DNA of 56,860 bases from Chloroflexi bacterium RBG_13_51_52 (GCA_001796525.1 MGMT01000024.1:1-56860); one strand, 5' to 3'; positions 24,960 through 35,045 are shown, numbered from the stretch's first letter. Notes: generated by a model not told the origin, from the letters alone. Program-made: numbers and translations.

Positions 24960-26633
24960 ATGGAAGAATATACGACAATAAAAGCTCTCATAGAGATTAT
25001 GAACGCCAACGGAGTCGAGTTCGTTTTCTTTAATCCCGGTATAGATAATGTGCCGGTACTGGAAACGATAGCCGCCTACCAGGCACAGGGGAAAAAGTCG
25101 CCGAAAAGCATCCTCTGCCTCGATGAGTTCGTAACCATGACAGCTGCACACGGCAACTGGATGGCATCGGGGAGACCGCAGGTAGTATCGGTACATTCCG
25201 AACTAGGCACGCTGCAACTAGGCGGCGCCCTGCATAACGCCCAATGGGGAAGGGTGCCGGTGGTGTTTTTCACCGAGAGCTACGGGCCCAGCCAACGTAC
25301 CAACTGGCGCGGCGAACCCTTCGACCAGGGGACGACGGTACGCAACTTCGTCAAATGGGACCACTATTTAAATCCCAACGAGAACGTCATCGACGTATTC
25401 GAAGAGGCTTTCCGTATTGCCACGACCGAGCCCTGCGGTCCCGTTTACTTAAGCCTGCCGAGGGAGGTACTCTGGAGCAAGGGTGAAATTACCCAGCGTA
25501 AAATAGCTAACACCAAGAGTGAAAACCTGTTAAAAATCGATACAGGTACTCTCACCAAAATTGCCGAAGTCCTCATTAACGCCGAAAATCCGCTGATAGT
25601 GACCGGATATTCAGGCAGGAACCTCGATACCGTGCAATCGCTGATAGAGCTGGCGGAAACATTAAGCGTAAGAGTGCTAACATCCGATATCAGAGTGAAC
25701 TTCCCTAACAACCATCCATTAGCAGCATTGCTTTCCCCTACCGGAGGATTCGGTAACCCGCTATTGAGTAAAGCCGATGTCATCCTGGCTATCGACTACG
25801 ATATGCATTACGCGTCGCCGCCCTCCACACCGATGCCCAACGTCAAGATAATCCATATCGATATCGACACGGCGAAAAAAGGCGTACCGCTGTGGGGCAA
25901 GAAGCCTGATATTCTCCTGAAAGCCGATTCAGCACAGGCGATACCCGCCCTGACGAAAATTATTAAGCAGAAACTAACGGCGGAAAAAAGCGAGCAGTTT
26001 AAGAAACGCGCCAATGCACTGGAGGCGGAGCATAAAAAGCTTGATAGCGAATGGCGAACGCTGGCAACGAGCCATGCCGAACGCAAGCCGATTACCGCGC
26101 ACTGGTTGAGTCGATGCATCGATGAAATAATCGACGACAATACGATTATCGTGAACCAGACGATATCACCGTCAACGATTGTGGCACACCAGGTCCACCG
26201 CAGCAAGCCAGGTTCATTACTATCCTGCGCGGGGGGATGCATCGGGTGGGCGCCGGGCGCGGCTCTGGGTGTGAAGCTGGCAGCGCCGGATAAAACGGTC
26301 ATCAGCCTGATGGGCGACGGCGCTTTTATCTACGGCTGCCCGGAGTCAACTTTGTGGTCGGCTAACTTTTACAAAGCCCCGTTTTTAGCCGTTATCTATG
26401 ATAATCAAGGTTACGGGGCTATCAAGGGACTGTTTAAAGAAAAGTACAACGTAGATAACATGGGCGCCGATATCGCCGCACCGCCGGACTACACCCTGAT
26501 TGCCCGCGCCAATAACGCCTACGGGCGCATGGTTGATGACCCGGCTGACATACCTAAAGCGCTCAAGGACTGCCTTGGTATGGTACGTGGTGGACAAGCC
26601 GCCGTGCTGGATATCAGACTAGCGCCGGTATAG
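24960..26633 (+). CDS. Thiamine-diphosphate-dependent enzyme (acetolactate synthase large-subunit-like)
   Basis: Three-domain size (557 aa) and the ThDP motif LMGDGAFIYG...VIYDNQGYG. Confidence 0.8.
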   Translation: MEEYTTIKALIEIMNANGVEFVFFNPGIDNVPVLETIAAYQAQGKKSPKSILCLDEFVTMTAAHGNWMASGRPQVVSVHSELGTLQLGGALHNAQWGRVPVVFFTESYGPSQRTNWRGEPFDQGTTVRNFVKWDHYLNPNENVIDVFEEAFRIATTEPCGPVYLSLPREVLWSKGEITQRKIANTKSENLLKIDTGTLTKIAEVLINAENPLIVTGYSGRNLDTVQSLIELAETLSVRVLTSDIRVNFPNNHPLAALLSPTGGFGNPLLSKADVILAIDYDMHYASPPSTPMPNVKIIHIDIDTAKKGVPLWGKKPDILLKADSAQAIPALTKIIKQKLTAEKSEQFKKRANALEAEHKKLDSEWRTLATSHAERKPITAHWLSRCIDEIIDDNTIIVNQTISPSTIVAHQVHRSKPGSLLSCAGGCIGWAPGAALGVKLAAPDKTVISLMGDGAFIYGCPESTLWSANFYKAPFLAVIYDNQGYGAIKGLFKEKYNVDNMGADIAAPPDYTLIARANNAYGRMVDDPADIPKALKDCLGMVRGGQAAVLDIRLAPV

Positions 26634-26641
26634 GCAAAAAT

Positions 26642-28201
26642 CTATATAGGCCGGGTAAATAACAAATCTATTTTATCCCAGGCCTTACGTTCATCTTCAT
26701 ACGGAGCGACTTCAACACGCGGATTTTTATCCAGCATCATCGTCATGCGTTTGGCGCCGTAGACAGGCCATTTGCCGATGCTCTCGCAGGAGGGGTCGCC
26801 GGTGCGGGCGAAAGCAGCGCAGGAGTCCTGTATTTTCAAGGCAAGATTTTCTACTTCCGGGCCGGTGCCATTCAATTGAGCATCAAGATTTCCAAAAAGC
26901 AAGGGATTATCAGAGCCGTGCATAGCACCCAGAATACCGCCCATCGCAGGTGATTTATAGGTAAACAGATAGTTATACACAGGCATGCCGGCATCGCGCT
27001 GGGTTTCAACAAGTCGGATAGTAGGTATCCGGAACATAAGGTCGACGTTGAGAGTCCCCAAAATATCAGACGGGGAGGAGCTACCACCACGTTTTTTCAA
27101 AATATCACGATAATTTTTAATCAGCCCGGGGACCATTTCCGGCGGTAGCAGGTCATTTAATCTTTTCACCATTCCCGCTTCGTCCATATTCCGCATAGCT
27201 GGTTCCATCGCCGTCATAGCCTTCATTTCGTCAAGCGTATTGCCCGCCAAAACGGGAATGTTTTTAGCAGAACCTTTTCTGATGGCTTCAATAGGCCATT
27301 CCGGAATAACGTTCCCGTCAACAACCGGCTGGAACGGCGTCATCCGGTATTCAGTCTCGCGCAACTTGTTACCCAGTTGCTGCTGGCCATCCAGAAGCTC
27401 CTGTGTTTTCAGATTGCGTAATGAATCAACATCTTTACCTTTCAGGTTAAATATCCTGACATATTCTTCCGATATTCTAACCATGTCCTCCAACGGTCCA
27501 ACAATATTAGCCGCGCCGCTGCGGTTGATAGCCTTGTGGAACTTGCCGTGCGCCAGAGGCATACCCAGCAGATTACCGATACTCATACCGCCGGCAGAAA
27601 AACCGAAAACAGTGATATTATCCGGGTTGCCGCCGAAAGCCGCAATGTTATTATGCACCCATTCCAGAGCCGTTATCTGGTCCAGCAGCCCCTCATTACC
27701 CGTCGCCAGTATTTTACCGCCGGTGATTTCTTTAAGATTCAAGAAACCAAACGCACCCAGGCGATAGTTGATACTGACAAGGACAATATCACCGCGTTTT
27801 GCCAACTTGCCGCCCTCCAGGAACGGCTCGGTGCCAGAACCAATAATAAAAGCGCCGCCGTGTATCCAGAACATAACCGGACGGCGGGCATCATCCAGTC
27901 CGGGCGTCCAGATATTCAAGAAGAGGCAGTCTTCATCTTGAAGCTCTTTTTCAAAGACAGGCATTCCCGGAGCAGCGACAGGCATCGGATTCTGGGGGGC
28001 ATAAGAGCCGTATTTTTTAGCGGGGCGTACACCATCCCAGGGCTTGACCGTCTGCGGCGGCATCCATCGTAAAGTGCCGATAGGCGGCACCGCGTAAGGA
28101 ATGCCTTTAAAGACATATAGGTCGTTTTCAATAAAACCCTCCAATTTCCCGCTTTTAGTACTTACGATAGCTTGATTTTTACTGACCACTAGTACCTCCA
28201 A
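26642..28201 (-). CDS. Type-B carboxylesterase (para-nitrobenzyl esterase-like)
   Basis: Motifs ...GIPYAVPP...RW..P, EDCLFLNIWTP, HGGAFIIGSG, and the nucleophile elbow GFSAGG. Confidence 0.9.
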   Translation of the reverse strand: MEVLVVSKNQAIVSTKSGKLEGFIENDLYVFKGIPYAVPPIGTLRWMPPQTVKPWDGVRPAKKYGSYAPQNPMPVAAPGMPVFEKELQDEDCLFLNIWTPGLDDARRPVMFWIHGGAFIIGSGTEPFLEGGKLAKRGDIVLVSINYRLGAFGFLNLKEITGGKILATGNEGLLDQITALEWVHNNIAAFGGNPDNITVFGFSAGGMSIGNLLGMPLAHGKFHKAINRSGAANIVGPLEDMVRISEEYVRIFNLKGKDVDSLRNLKTQELLDGQQQLGNKLRETEYRMTPFQPVVDGNVIPEWPIEAIRKGSAKNIPVLAGNTLDEMKAMTAMEPAMRNMDEAGMVKRLNDLLPPEMVPGLIKNYRDILKKRGGSSSPSDILGTLNVDLMFRIPTIRLVETQRDAGMPVYNYLFTYKSPAMGGILGAMHGSDNPLLFGNLDAQLNGTGPEVENLALKIQDSCAAFARTGDPSCESIGKWPVYGAKRMTMMLDKNPRVEVAPYEDERKAWDKIDLLFTRPI

Positions 28202-28416
28202 GTTATTTATTCAAAAGACCTTAAATATGGTGACATTCTAGAATTATCTACCCATTATACCATTCAGTTATTTCCTGTCAAAAAATCTCAATACGCAAAC
28301 GATAAAAAATAATTCTCAACTTACCATAGCTACTACGCTTAGCATAGTATATTGTATAATACATAGATATATTGCGCATTATAATATCATTATTATTACG
28401 TTATGCCCAGTAATTA

Positions 28417-28445
28417 TTGACATTATATGTGCATTATGATAATAT
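28417..28445 (+). promoter_or_regulatory. Possible sigma70-type promoter very close to the Fe-S subunit start (near-leaderless transcript?)
   Basis: TTGACA (28417-28422), 17-nt spacer, TAATAT (28440-28445). The ATG at 28453 is only 8 nt downstream; an alternative ATG lies at 28465. Confidence 0.35.
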
Positions 28446-28452
28446 ATAAAAC

Positions 28453-29178
28453 ATGAGATGGGGAATGGTGGTAGATTTATCAAGCTGCGTGCGATGTTAC
28501 GCCTGTTTAGCCGCGTGCCGAATCGAGCATTTTTTACCGATGGGTATGTCCTGGCCGAGGCTGATAGAACTGGAGACCGGCGGTGATAATCCTACTGTAT
28601 CAACCTATTCGGTACGCTGCAACCAGTGTAAAGACGCGCCATGCGTCGAGGTATGTCCGACAGGCGCTACCCAACAACGTGGCGATGGCATTGTATGGGT
28701 CGACCAGAATAAGTGCGTGGGCTGCCGCTATTGTGTAGTCGCCTGCCCCTACCAGAACCGCACCTTTCTCTCCAAAGATAAAGACAAGGGCTTTTTCCCC
28801 GGCATTGTGCAGACGGACTTTGAGAAAGCGGGCAAGAAGCTTTACCAGCATCAAATAGGAACAACGGAGAAATGCAATTTTTGCGCGGAAAGGATTGATG
28901 TCGGACTGGCTAAGGGACTGAAGCCGGGCATCGACCGTGAAGCCACGCCCGCCTGTGTAAATACCTGCCCAGCAAAAGCGCTGACTTTCGGGGACCTGGA
29001 TGAGCCTGACAGCGAGGTTTCGCGTTTGATAAGAGAAAAGGGCGGCTTTCAGTTGCATCCGGAATACAATACCGACCCTTCGATATATTTTATAGACGGG
29101 AAGATAGGGCAGGTAGAAGCAACAAAAATTGAAGACAGACATCAGAAAGAGCCTCACACAGTAGGAGTTGGAGACTAA
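28453..29178 (+). CDS. 4x[4Fe-4S] electron-transfer subunit of a molybdoenzyme (DmsB/PsrB-like)
   Basis: CVRCYACLAAC, CNQCKDAPCVEVCP, CVGCRYCVVACP and CNFC...CVNTCP cluster motifs. Confidence 0.9.
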   Translation: MRWGMVVDLSSCVRCYACLAACRIEHFLPMGMSWPRLIELETGGDNPTVSTYSVRCNQCKDAPCVEVCPTGATQQRGDGIVWVDQNKCVGCRYCVVACPYQNRTFLSKDKDKGFFPGIVQTDFEKAGKKLYQHQIGTTEKCNFCAERIDVGLAKGLKPGIDREATPACVNTCPAKALTFGDLDEPDSEVSRLIREKGGFQLHPEYNTDPSIYFIDGKIGQVEATKIEDRHQKEPHTVGVGD

Positions 29179-30055
29179 AGTGGAAGCACACCAATGGATG
29201 ATTAACTACACCCGCCAGACGGAATGGATAGACCGCCGGGGAATATTCCTGTGGATTGCTTTCTATGCCGGCGGGCTGGGCGGGGGACTGTATTTAGTGT
29301 CGCTGTACTTCAACAGCCTGTGGGGCATGTTCATAAGCTGGCTGATTATCGCCGTTATCAAGGGCGGAACGCACTTGATATACCTCGGCAAGCCGCTGCG
29401 GTTCTGGAGGATAATCACCCGTCCTAATACCTCATGGCTTGCCAGGGGTTTCATCTTCGTGTTTTTATTCATCGGACTGGTAGCGATACAGTTAATATTA
29501 TCCTACTGGCTGCCCGGCAGCGCCGCTGAAGTTGTTTTTAAAGTGTTAGGGGGGATAACGGCTTTCGCCGTAGCTGTTTATACCGGCATAATATTGAAAA
29601 ACGTCAAGGGTGTGCCGTTCTGGAATTCGGCATTATTACCTGTATTGTTTGTTCTCTGTGGGATATTGGGCGGCTTCGGGCTTTCCGTGGTTATCGCGCT
29701 GAACGGCGGTGATGTTAATCTTGCCGCCGCCGAAACAGGCAGTCGATGGCTGCTTATAGCCAACGCTCTACTCATCGTTGTTTATCTCTGGCGGGCATCG
29801 ATAAGAGAATCCGTCGGCAAGCAGTCGGTATTGGAGCAAATCCATGGGCAAAGCGCTCCGATATTCTGGACGGGGATTGTCGCGCTGGGTATCGTCGTAC
29901 CACTGGCGATTGCCCTGGGGAGCCTGATATCAAACGAAGTCCCCACGGCCTTGATAATAACCGGGGTCATCTGCGAGATTATCGGCGGACTGGCGTTGAG
30001 ATATTGCGTTTTAAAAGCCGGCGCCTATAAACCGCTGGTCGCTAAAGCTCAATAG
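29168..30055 (+). CDS. NrfD/PsrC/DmsC-like polytopic membrane anchor
   Basis: About 8 predicted TM helices, sitting between the Fe-S and catalytic subunit genes. The start is uncertain: TTG 29168, GTG 29180 or ATG 29195. Confidence 0.75.
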   Translation: METKVEAHQWMINYTRQTEWIDRRGIFLWIAFYAGGLGGGLYLVSLYFNSLWGMFISWLIIAVIKGGTHLIYLGKPLRFWRIITRPNTSWLARGFIFVFLFIGLVAIQLILSYWLPGSAAEVVFKVLGGITAFAVAVYTGIILKNVKGVPFWNSALLPVLFVLCGILGGFGLSVVIALNGGDVNLAAAETGSRWLLIANALLIVVYLWRASIRESVGKQSVLEQIHGQSAPIFWTGIVALGIVVPLAIALGSLISNEVPTALIITGVICEIIGGLALRYCVLKAGAYKPLVAKAQ

Positions 30056-30137
30056 CGGCCGGCGCAACCAACAATTCCTCTGCTTTTCACACTTCATATG
30101 AAATACATTATAATTCTAACCAAGAAAGAATAAATAT

Positions 30138-32270
30138 ATGGGCGAAAAGAAGATAATCAAAACAACCTGCAAAAGCTGTCATGGCGGCTGCGGCGCGCTG
30201 GTAACAGTCGAGGACGGAGTTATCATCCACATCGAAGGCAACCCGGAATCGCCGACCCGCGGCACGATGTGCTCGAAAGGACTATCCAGCATCCAGCACA
30301 TCAATCACCCCGATCGATTGCTTTATCCCCTGAAAAGGATGGGTAAAAGGGGCGAGGGGAAATGGGAGCGCATTAGCTGGGACGAGGCGCTGGATACAAT
30401 CGAACAAAAGATGAAAGAATCAATCGCCAAGCACGGGGCTTCTTCCATAGCCGTATCGCAGGGAACGGGGCGGGGTTATAACGAGTACACCCACAGGTTT
30501 GCCCGTTCTATCGGTACAGCTAATATCATTACACCGGGCTACATCTGCCACAGTCCGAGGCTGGGCTTATACGGGCTGGTCACCGGCTACGGCAGGCTTT
30601 ACTGCGATTATCACGGGTGGGGCGGAGAATTCCCCAAGACGCAGATATCCTGGGCGAAACAACTTGAAATCAGCAGCGCCGACGGGGAAATGGCGGTGTG
30701 GTTTTTAGACAGCCTGAAACACGTAAAAAACCTCATCGTCATCGACCCGCGGGAAACGGCGCTTTCTTCCAGGGCGACGCTCTGGCTGCAAATCAGGCCC
30801 GGAACGGATGCTGCTTTAGCACTGGCGATGATTAACGTCATCATCAACGAAGGGCTTTACGATAGAGACTTCGTGGAGAACTGGACTTACGGCTTCGAAA
30901 ATCTCAAAGAGAGAGTCCAGGAATACACGCCGGAACGAGCCGCAGAGATTACATGGCTGAAAGCCGAGGATATCAGAAAAGCGGCGAGGCTCTTCGCTGA
31001 AGATACGCCGGGATGCATACAGATAGGCAGCTCACTAGAGCGGCAGGCAAACTGCGGGCAGACATTAAGGAGCATTATTTGCCTGCTCGGTGTTACCGGC
31101 AATATCGAAAGGCCGGGCAGCATGGTGGCATGGATGCCCCCGGATACGGGGCTACGCGAGGACTTTTTTACGGAAATTCCAATAACTCCGGAGATGCGTA
31201 AAGGAATCGTAGGCAGCGACGAATATAAAATGGGAGCAGCCCGAACTGCCCATTCCGATACAGTCATCAAACAGCTATTGAACGGAAATTCGGTAATAAA
31301 AGTTTGGTTCAGCGTGGGCGGACAGCAAATACTGCATCTTGCCAACACTACGGAAGTCATACGGGCTCTCAAGAATCTTGAATTCCTGGTACACGCCGAC
31401 CAATTCATGGGTCCGATGGCGGAAATCGCCGATATCCTACTACCGGCAGCGCACTGGCTGGAAATCGACGATATCTATGACATGCACCCGCGCTTTATGA
31501 TAGAAGCCCACAATCGTACGGTCAACCCACCGGGAGAAGCATGGCAGGACAGCAAGATATTCAACGAGGTGGGTAAAAGGTTAGCGCCGCAATACTGGTT
31601 CGAAAACGTCGAAAAGATGCTTGACTACCAGCTGAAAAAAGGCAATATGACATGGAAAGATTTCAGTAAGAAGGTCGTTCATGCCAGGATGGGCAAAGAC
31701 CAGATTTACTACAAATATAAGACTGATTACTGGAGAAAAGGAGGTGGGTTCCCAACACCCACCGGCAAAATGGAGCTTTATTCGACGGTACTGGAGGACC
31801 TTGGTTACGATCCGCTGCCCTACTTCCAGGAGCCTGGCGAGAGCTCTGTGTCAACGCCGGATTTGGCGAAAGAATTCCCGCTAGTGCTGACGACAGGATA
31901 CCGCCAGCCATTCTATTTTCTTTCCCAGTACCGGAATATACCCTGGTTAAGGAGCTTCCAGAAAGACCCGGTGATGCAGATACATCCGGATACAGCCAAA
32001 CAATACGGCATCGAAGACGGCGACTGGGCGTGGATAGAGAGTCCGCGCGGCAGAATCAAGCAGAAAGCAAGGCTTTTCCCGGGGATTCTGCGGGGGGTGG
32101 TTATGGCTACAGCTAATTGCTTTTACCCTGAAGAGCCCGGACCTTTGCACGGACTGTTGAAGTCTAACCCTAATGTACTAACGAACAACAACCACTGCGA
32201 TCCCATGTACGGGTCGCCGGACCTGACGGCATTGTTATGTAAAGTGTACAAGGCAGAAGACGAAAAATAA
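30138..32270 (+). CDS. Molybdopterin (bis-MGD) oxidoreductase catalytic subunit without Tat signal
   Basis: The N-terminal CKSCHGGC...C Fe4S4 motif starts at residue 11 and there is no twin-arginine leader. An in-frame TAA at 30117-30119 excludes an N-terminal extension. ...PGYICHSPR... is a candidate Cys ligand region. Confidence 0.85.
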   Translation: MGEKKIIKTTCKSCHGGCGALVTVEDGVIIHIEGNPESPTRGTMCSKGLSSIQHINHPDRLLYPLKRMGKRGEGKWERISWDEALDTIEQKMKESIAKHGASSIAVSQGTGRGYNEYTHRFARSIGTANIITPGYICHSPRLGLYGLVTGYGRLYCDYHGWGGEFPKTQISWAKQLEISSADGEMAVWFLDSLKHVKNLIVIDPRETALSSRATLWLQIRPGTDAALALAMINVIINEGLYDRDFVENWTYGFENLKERVQEYTPERAAEITWLKAEDIRKAARLFAEDTPGCIQIGSSLERQANCGQTLRSIICLLGVTGNIERPGSMVAWMPPDTGLREDFFTEIPITPEMRKGIVGSDEYKMGAARTAHSDTVIKQLLNGNSVIKVWFSVGGQQILHLANTTEVIRALKNLEFLVHADQFMGPMAEIADILLPAAHWLEIDDIYDMHPRFMIEAHNRTVNPPGEAWQDSKIFNEVGKRLAPQYWFENVEKMLDYQLKKGNMTWKDFSKKVVHARMGKDQIYYKYKTDYWRKGGGFPTPTGKMELYSTVLEDLGYDPLPYFQEPGESSVSTPDLAKEFPLVLTTGYRQPFYFLSQYRNIPWLRSFQKDPVMQIHPDTAKQYGIEDGDWAWIESPRGRIKQKARLFPGILRGVVMATANCFYPEEPGPLHGLLKSNPNVLTNNNHCDPMYGSPDLTALLCKVYKAEDEK

Positions 32271-32334
32271 AGGGTGAGGGCGATAAATCAGTTCGCCCTC
32301 ACCCTTCCCTCTCCATTTTATGGAGAGGGTTTTT
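32271..32334. terminator. Bidirectional double-hairpin terminator between convergent genes
   Basis: Hairpin 1: AGGGTGAGGGCG (32271-32282) pairs with CGCCCTCACCCT (32294-32305). Hairpin 2: CCCTCTCC (32307-32314) pairs with GGAGAGGG (32322-32329), followed by TTTTT. On the other strand the hairpins are followed by a T-rich run. Confidence 0.75.
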
Positions 32335-32340
32335 ATTACA

Positions 32341-33423
32341 CTATTCGAAGGTAATTATATTACGCAGGGCTTTGCCCATTTCCACCGCTTTTATAGCTTC
32401 GTTGATTCTCTCAAGCGGATAGTGGTCGGTAATCAACTCGTCCAACTTCAGCACGCCAGACTTGTACAGCTCAACCAGCTTGGGAATCTCCGTCTGTAAC
32501 TGCGTAGTGCCCATATAGCTGCCGGTAACCACTCTCTCACCTAGAATAAACGGAAACGGCGAAAAAGTAATCGTATCACTCATCTTGGGGAGTCCTACAA
32601 GGACAGTCATCCCGCCAGGTCTGGTCATCATGGCGCCCTGTTCTACAGCTTTTGCATTACCAACGGTTATAAAAACATATTCGGCGCCTCTACCTTCGGT
32701 TAATTCCTGAACAGCCTTAATAACATCCACATTGCCGGCATTTATAGTATGTGTTGCGCCGAAAGTCCTGGCTGCTTCAAGTTTTCCATCGGAGAGGTCA
32801 ACCGCTATAATCGGATTTGCCCCGGAGATTGCCGCCCCCTGTACGGTGTTAAGACCGACTCCCCCCGTGCCGATGATAACACAGCTGCTCATCACCTCAA
32901 CCTTGGCGCGGTTTACTGCCGCTCCAAATCCCGTAATGACGCCACAGGCAAGCAGCGCTGCCCTATCCATGGGCATGTCCCCGGGTATTTTTACTACTTG
33001 AGATTCGTCAAGAATAGTATATTCGGCGAAGCTCCCTATCTTGAACAACTGGGTTATAGGTTGGTCATTTTTGTTCCGGTACGGACTTTCCATATTCCGA
33101 AACCATTTTGCCTCGCATAAATGGGAACGTCCGGTCCGGCAATACAAGCATTTTCCACACGATATCAACAGCGATGCCACCACAGGGTCGCCTGGCTTTA
33201 TCGAAGTGACTCCCTCGCCTACCTCCTCTATATAACCCGCCGATTCATGACCGGCGATGAAGGGCAATCTACCGGGGATTTCACCCATGATCACGTGTAT
33301 ATCGCTATGGCAGACGGCCGTCGCCGCCAGCTTAACTTTTACCTCACCCTGCCTAGGAGTATCAATATTTACATCTTCTATTACTAAAGGCTTGCCAATT
33401 TCATAACAGACGGCTGCTTTCAA
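32341..33423 (-). CDS. Zn-dependent alcohol dehydrogenase (MDR family)
   Basis: CHSD...GHESAG, structural-Zn motif CGKCLYCRTGRSHLC, and Rossmann motif GTGGVGL. Confidence 0.9.
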   Translation of the reverse strand: MKAAVCYEIGKPLVIEDVNIDTPRQGEVKVKLAATAVCHSDIHVIMGEIPGRLPFIAGHESAGYIEEVGEGVTSIKPGDPVVASLLISCGKCLYCRTGRSHLCEAKWFRNMESPYRNKNDQPITQLFKIGSFAEYTILDESQVVKIPGDMPMDRAALLACGVITGFGAAVNRAKVEVMSSCVIIGTGGVGLNTVQGAAISGANPIIAVDLSDGKLEAARTFGATHTINAGNVDVIKAVQELTEGRGAEYVFITVGNAKAVEQGAMMTRPGGMTVLVGLPKMSDTITFSPFPFILGERVVTGSYMGTTQLQTEIPKLVELYKSGVLKLDELITDHYPLERINEAIKAVEMGKALRNIITFE

Positions 33424-33576
33424 GGTATCCTCCTTATAACGATTTTATCACCAACAGTCTATTTCCCCTGTAAAATAATGTCAAATTGATGGAACTCTAT
33501 TTGACAGAGCCAGATTCAAAAACTTATGATTAGTTAGGATGAAGTCCACAAGAGACTAAAGAGGGGGTAACTAAAT

Positions 33577-33912
33577 ATGGCTCAAACCAGGATTTTGAAC
33601 ATTGTGGCTACGGAATGCGCACCCAAGAATAACGCTAAATTCAACAAGTGGTATGACGAGGTGCATATACCTATGCTCATGAAATATAAGGGCATCAAGA
33701 AAGTGACGCGTTATAAGATGCTAGAGAATAAGGACAAGAAACCGAAATATCTGGCAGTATATGAATTCGATACGAAAAAAGACCTGGATGAGCTTTCAAA
33801 GAGCCCGGAATTCAAGGCAGCTATTGAAGAAATGCAGGGGACGTGGAAAGGCGAGATGTTCGATATCAAATGGGCAGTGAGTGCCGAACCGCTTAAAACC
33901 TGGGAGAGGTAA
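33577..33912 (+). CDS. Small hypothetical protein (possibly dimeric alpha/beta-barrel, EthD/DUF4286-like)
   Basis: 111-aa ORF behind the RBS AGAGGGGG. Family assignment is tentative, from the ...FNKWYDEVHIP... pattern. Confidence 0.5.
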   Translation: MAQTRILNIVATECAPKNNAKFNKWYDEVHIPMLMKYKGIKKVTRYKMLENKDKKPKYLAVYEFDTKKDLDELSKSPEFKAAIEEMQGTWKGEMFDIKWAVSAEPLKTWER

Positions 33913-33992
33913 ACCACCAGGCAAGCGAGTTATCCAGAGGAATTTGTTTTAAACTTCTTTTTGATTTACCATTAATATAGAGAGAATGCCCT

Positions 33993-34310
33993 ATGAATGA
34001 AACATTAACCGGTTGGTGGGATTCTTCAGCGACTTTTAAGAAATGTACCGCAGAAAAAGCGTCTTTTGTTTTTCTGGGTCTATTTGATTTGATTCTGACG
34101 ATTCTGGCGATTAACCTTGGCCTCTTTGAAATTAACCCTCTGGTCAGATTCATGGTCCAGATACCGGCGCTGCTTCTGGCGGTGAAATTCGTTATACCTG
34201 TGTTAATTGCCTGGATAATGCCGGGGAGGCTTCTTTTGCCGGCTATCGCCCTGCTGGCAATAGCCGTGATCTGGAATCTTAAGGAACTGGTAATCTTTTT
34301 AATACAGTAG
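33993..34310 (+). CDS. Small membrane protein (DUF5658-like)
   Basis: 105 aa, 3 TM segments, with the ...DLILTILAINLGLFEINPL... pattern. Confidence 0.55.
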   Translation: MNETLTGWWDSSATFKKCTAEKASFVFLGLFDLILTILAINLGLFEINPLVRFMVQIPALLLAVKFVIPVLIAWIMPGRLLLPAIALLAIAVIWNLKELVIFLIQ

Positions 34311-34313
34311 TCA

Positions 34314-35045
34314 CTATCTGGTAGCGACGTTAACGTGAGATTCTTCTTTCTGATACAGCGTACCCATTTTTTCCAGATATAATCTGGCGGCGCTGACCCG
34401 TAAGTGCTTGGCATTATAATCGGGGTCAGCTTTGAGTTTGCTGTACATGCTATTCAAGTGGTGTTCTACAGTTTTAATATCAATGAAGAGGGTTCCGGCA
34501 ATCGCCGAGTTGGTATAGCCTTGTGAAAGCAGGCTGAGTATTTCCAGTTCGCGGGTGGTGAGTTGTTTCAGGAAGGGGCATTCAGGTTTGCCGGCGAACA
34601 TAAAAGTAGCCAGGGGTGGATCGAGAATAACCTGTCCCTGGCTAACAGCTAGAATCGTCCGGCACAGCTGGTCAATTTTATCAAGGGATTGTTTCAAGAA
34701 GAGAGCCATACCGCTTTCGCCGCAGAGGGCTAGTCTTCGCAGCAATTCAATATCTTGAGAGCTATACATTACTATTAATATTACGATACCCATTCTGGGA
34801 TTAGAATTTCTGATTTTTTCCAATTCTTCGATAGTATTTACATCGAGCTTTTTAATGCTTAGCAGCATAACATCAGGGGAGAGTTCCGATACGGCCCTTA
34901 AAATAGAACCTTTTCCGCCGTTGCCGGAAACACGCAGCACATCAATATTTTCATTCTTTGGTAATACATGATTAAATAATTCCCGATAAATTTCCTGTTC
35001 CTCAATCACTAACAGACTTACGTTTTCTGACTTCGATTGCATCAT
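34314..35045 (-). CDS. LuxR-family regulator with atypical (non-phosphorylatable?) receiver domain
   Basis: C-terminal LTTRELEILSLLSQGYTNSAIAGTLFIDIKTVEHHLNSMYSKL HTH. In the receiver, the acidic pocket reads VIEEQE (not DD) and the acceptor position reads MLLSIKK, with Ser in place of Asp; the conserved Lys (FLKQ) is kept. Confidence 0.8.
   Translation of the reverse strand: MMQSKSENVSLLVIEEQEIYRELFNHVLPKNENIDVLRVSGNGGKGSILRAVSELSPDVMLLSIKKLDVNTIEELEKIRNSNPRMGIVILIVMYSSQDIELLRRLALCGESGMALFLKQSLDKIDQLCRTILAVSQGQVILDPPLATFMFAGKPECPFLKQLTTRELEILSLLSQGYTNSAIAGTLFIDIKTVEHHLNSMYSKLKADPDYNAKHLRVSAARLYLEKMGTLYQKEESHVNVATR

Noticed and set aside
28202-28452. Moco riboswitch upstream of the molybdoenzyme operon, and a TPP riboswitch upstream of the ThDP enzyme at 24864-24959
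   Set aside because: The regions are very AT-rich or short. They lack the conserved elements (for example the CUGAGA of TPP riboswitches) and obvious multi-stem structure.
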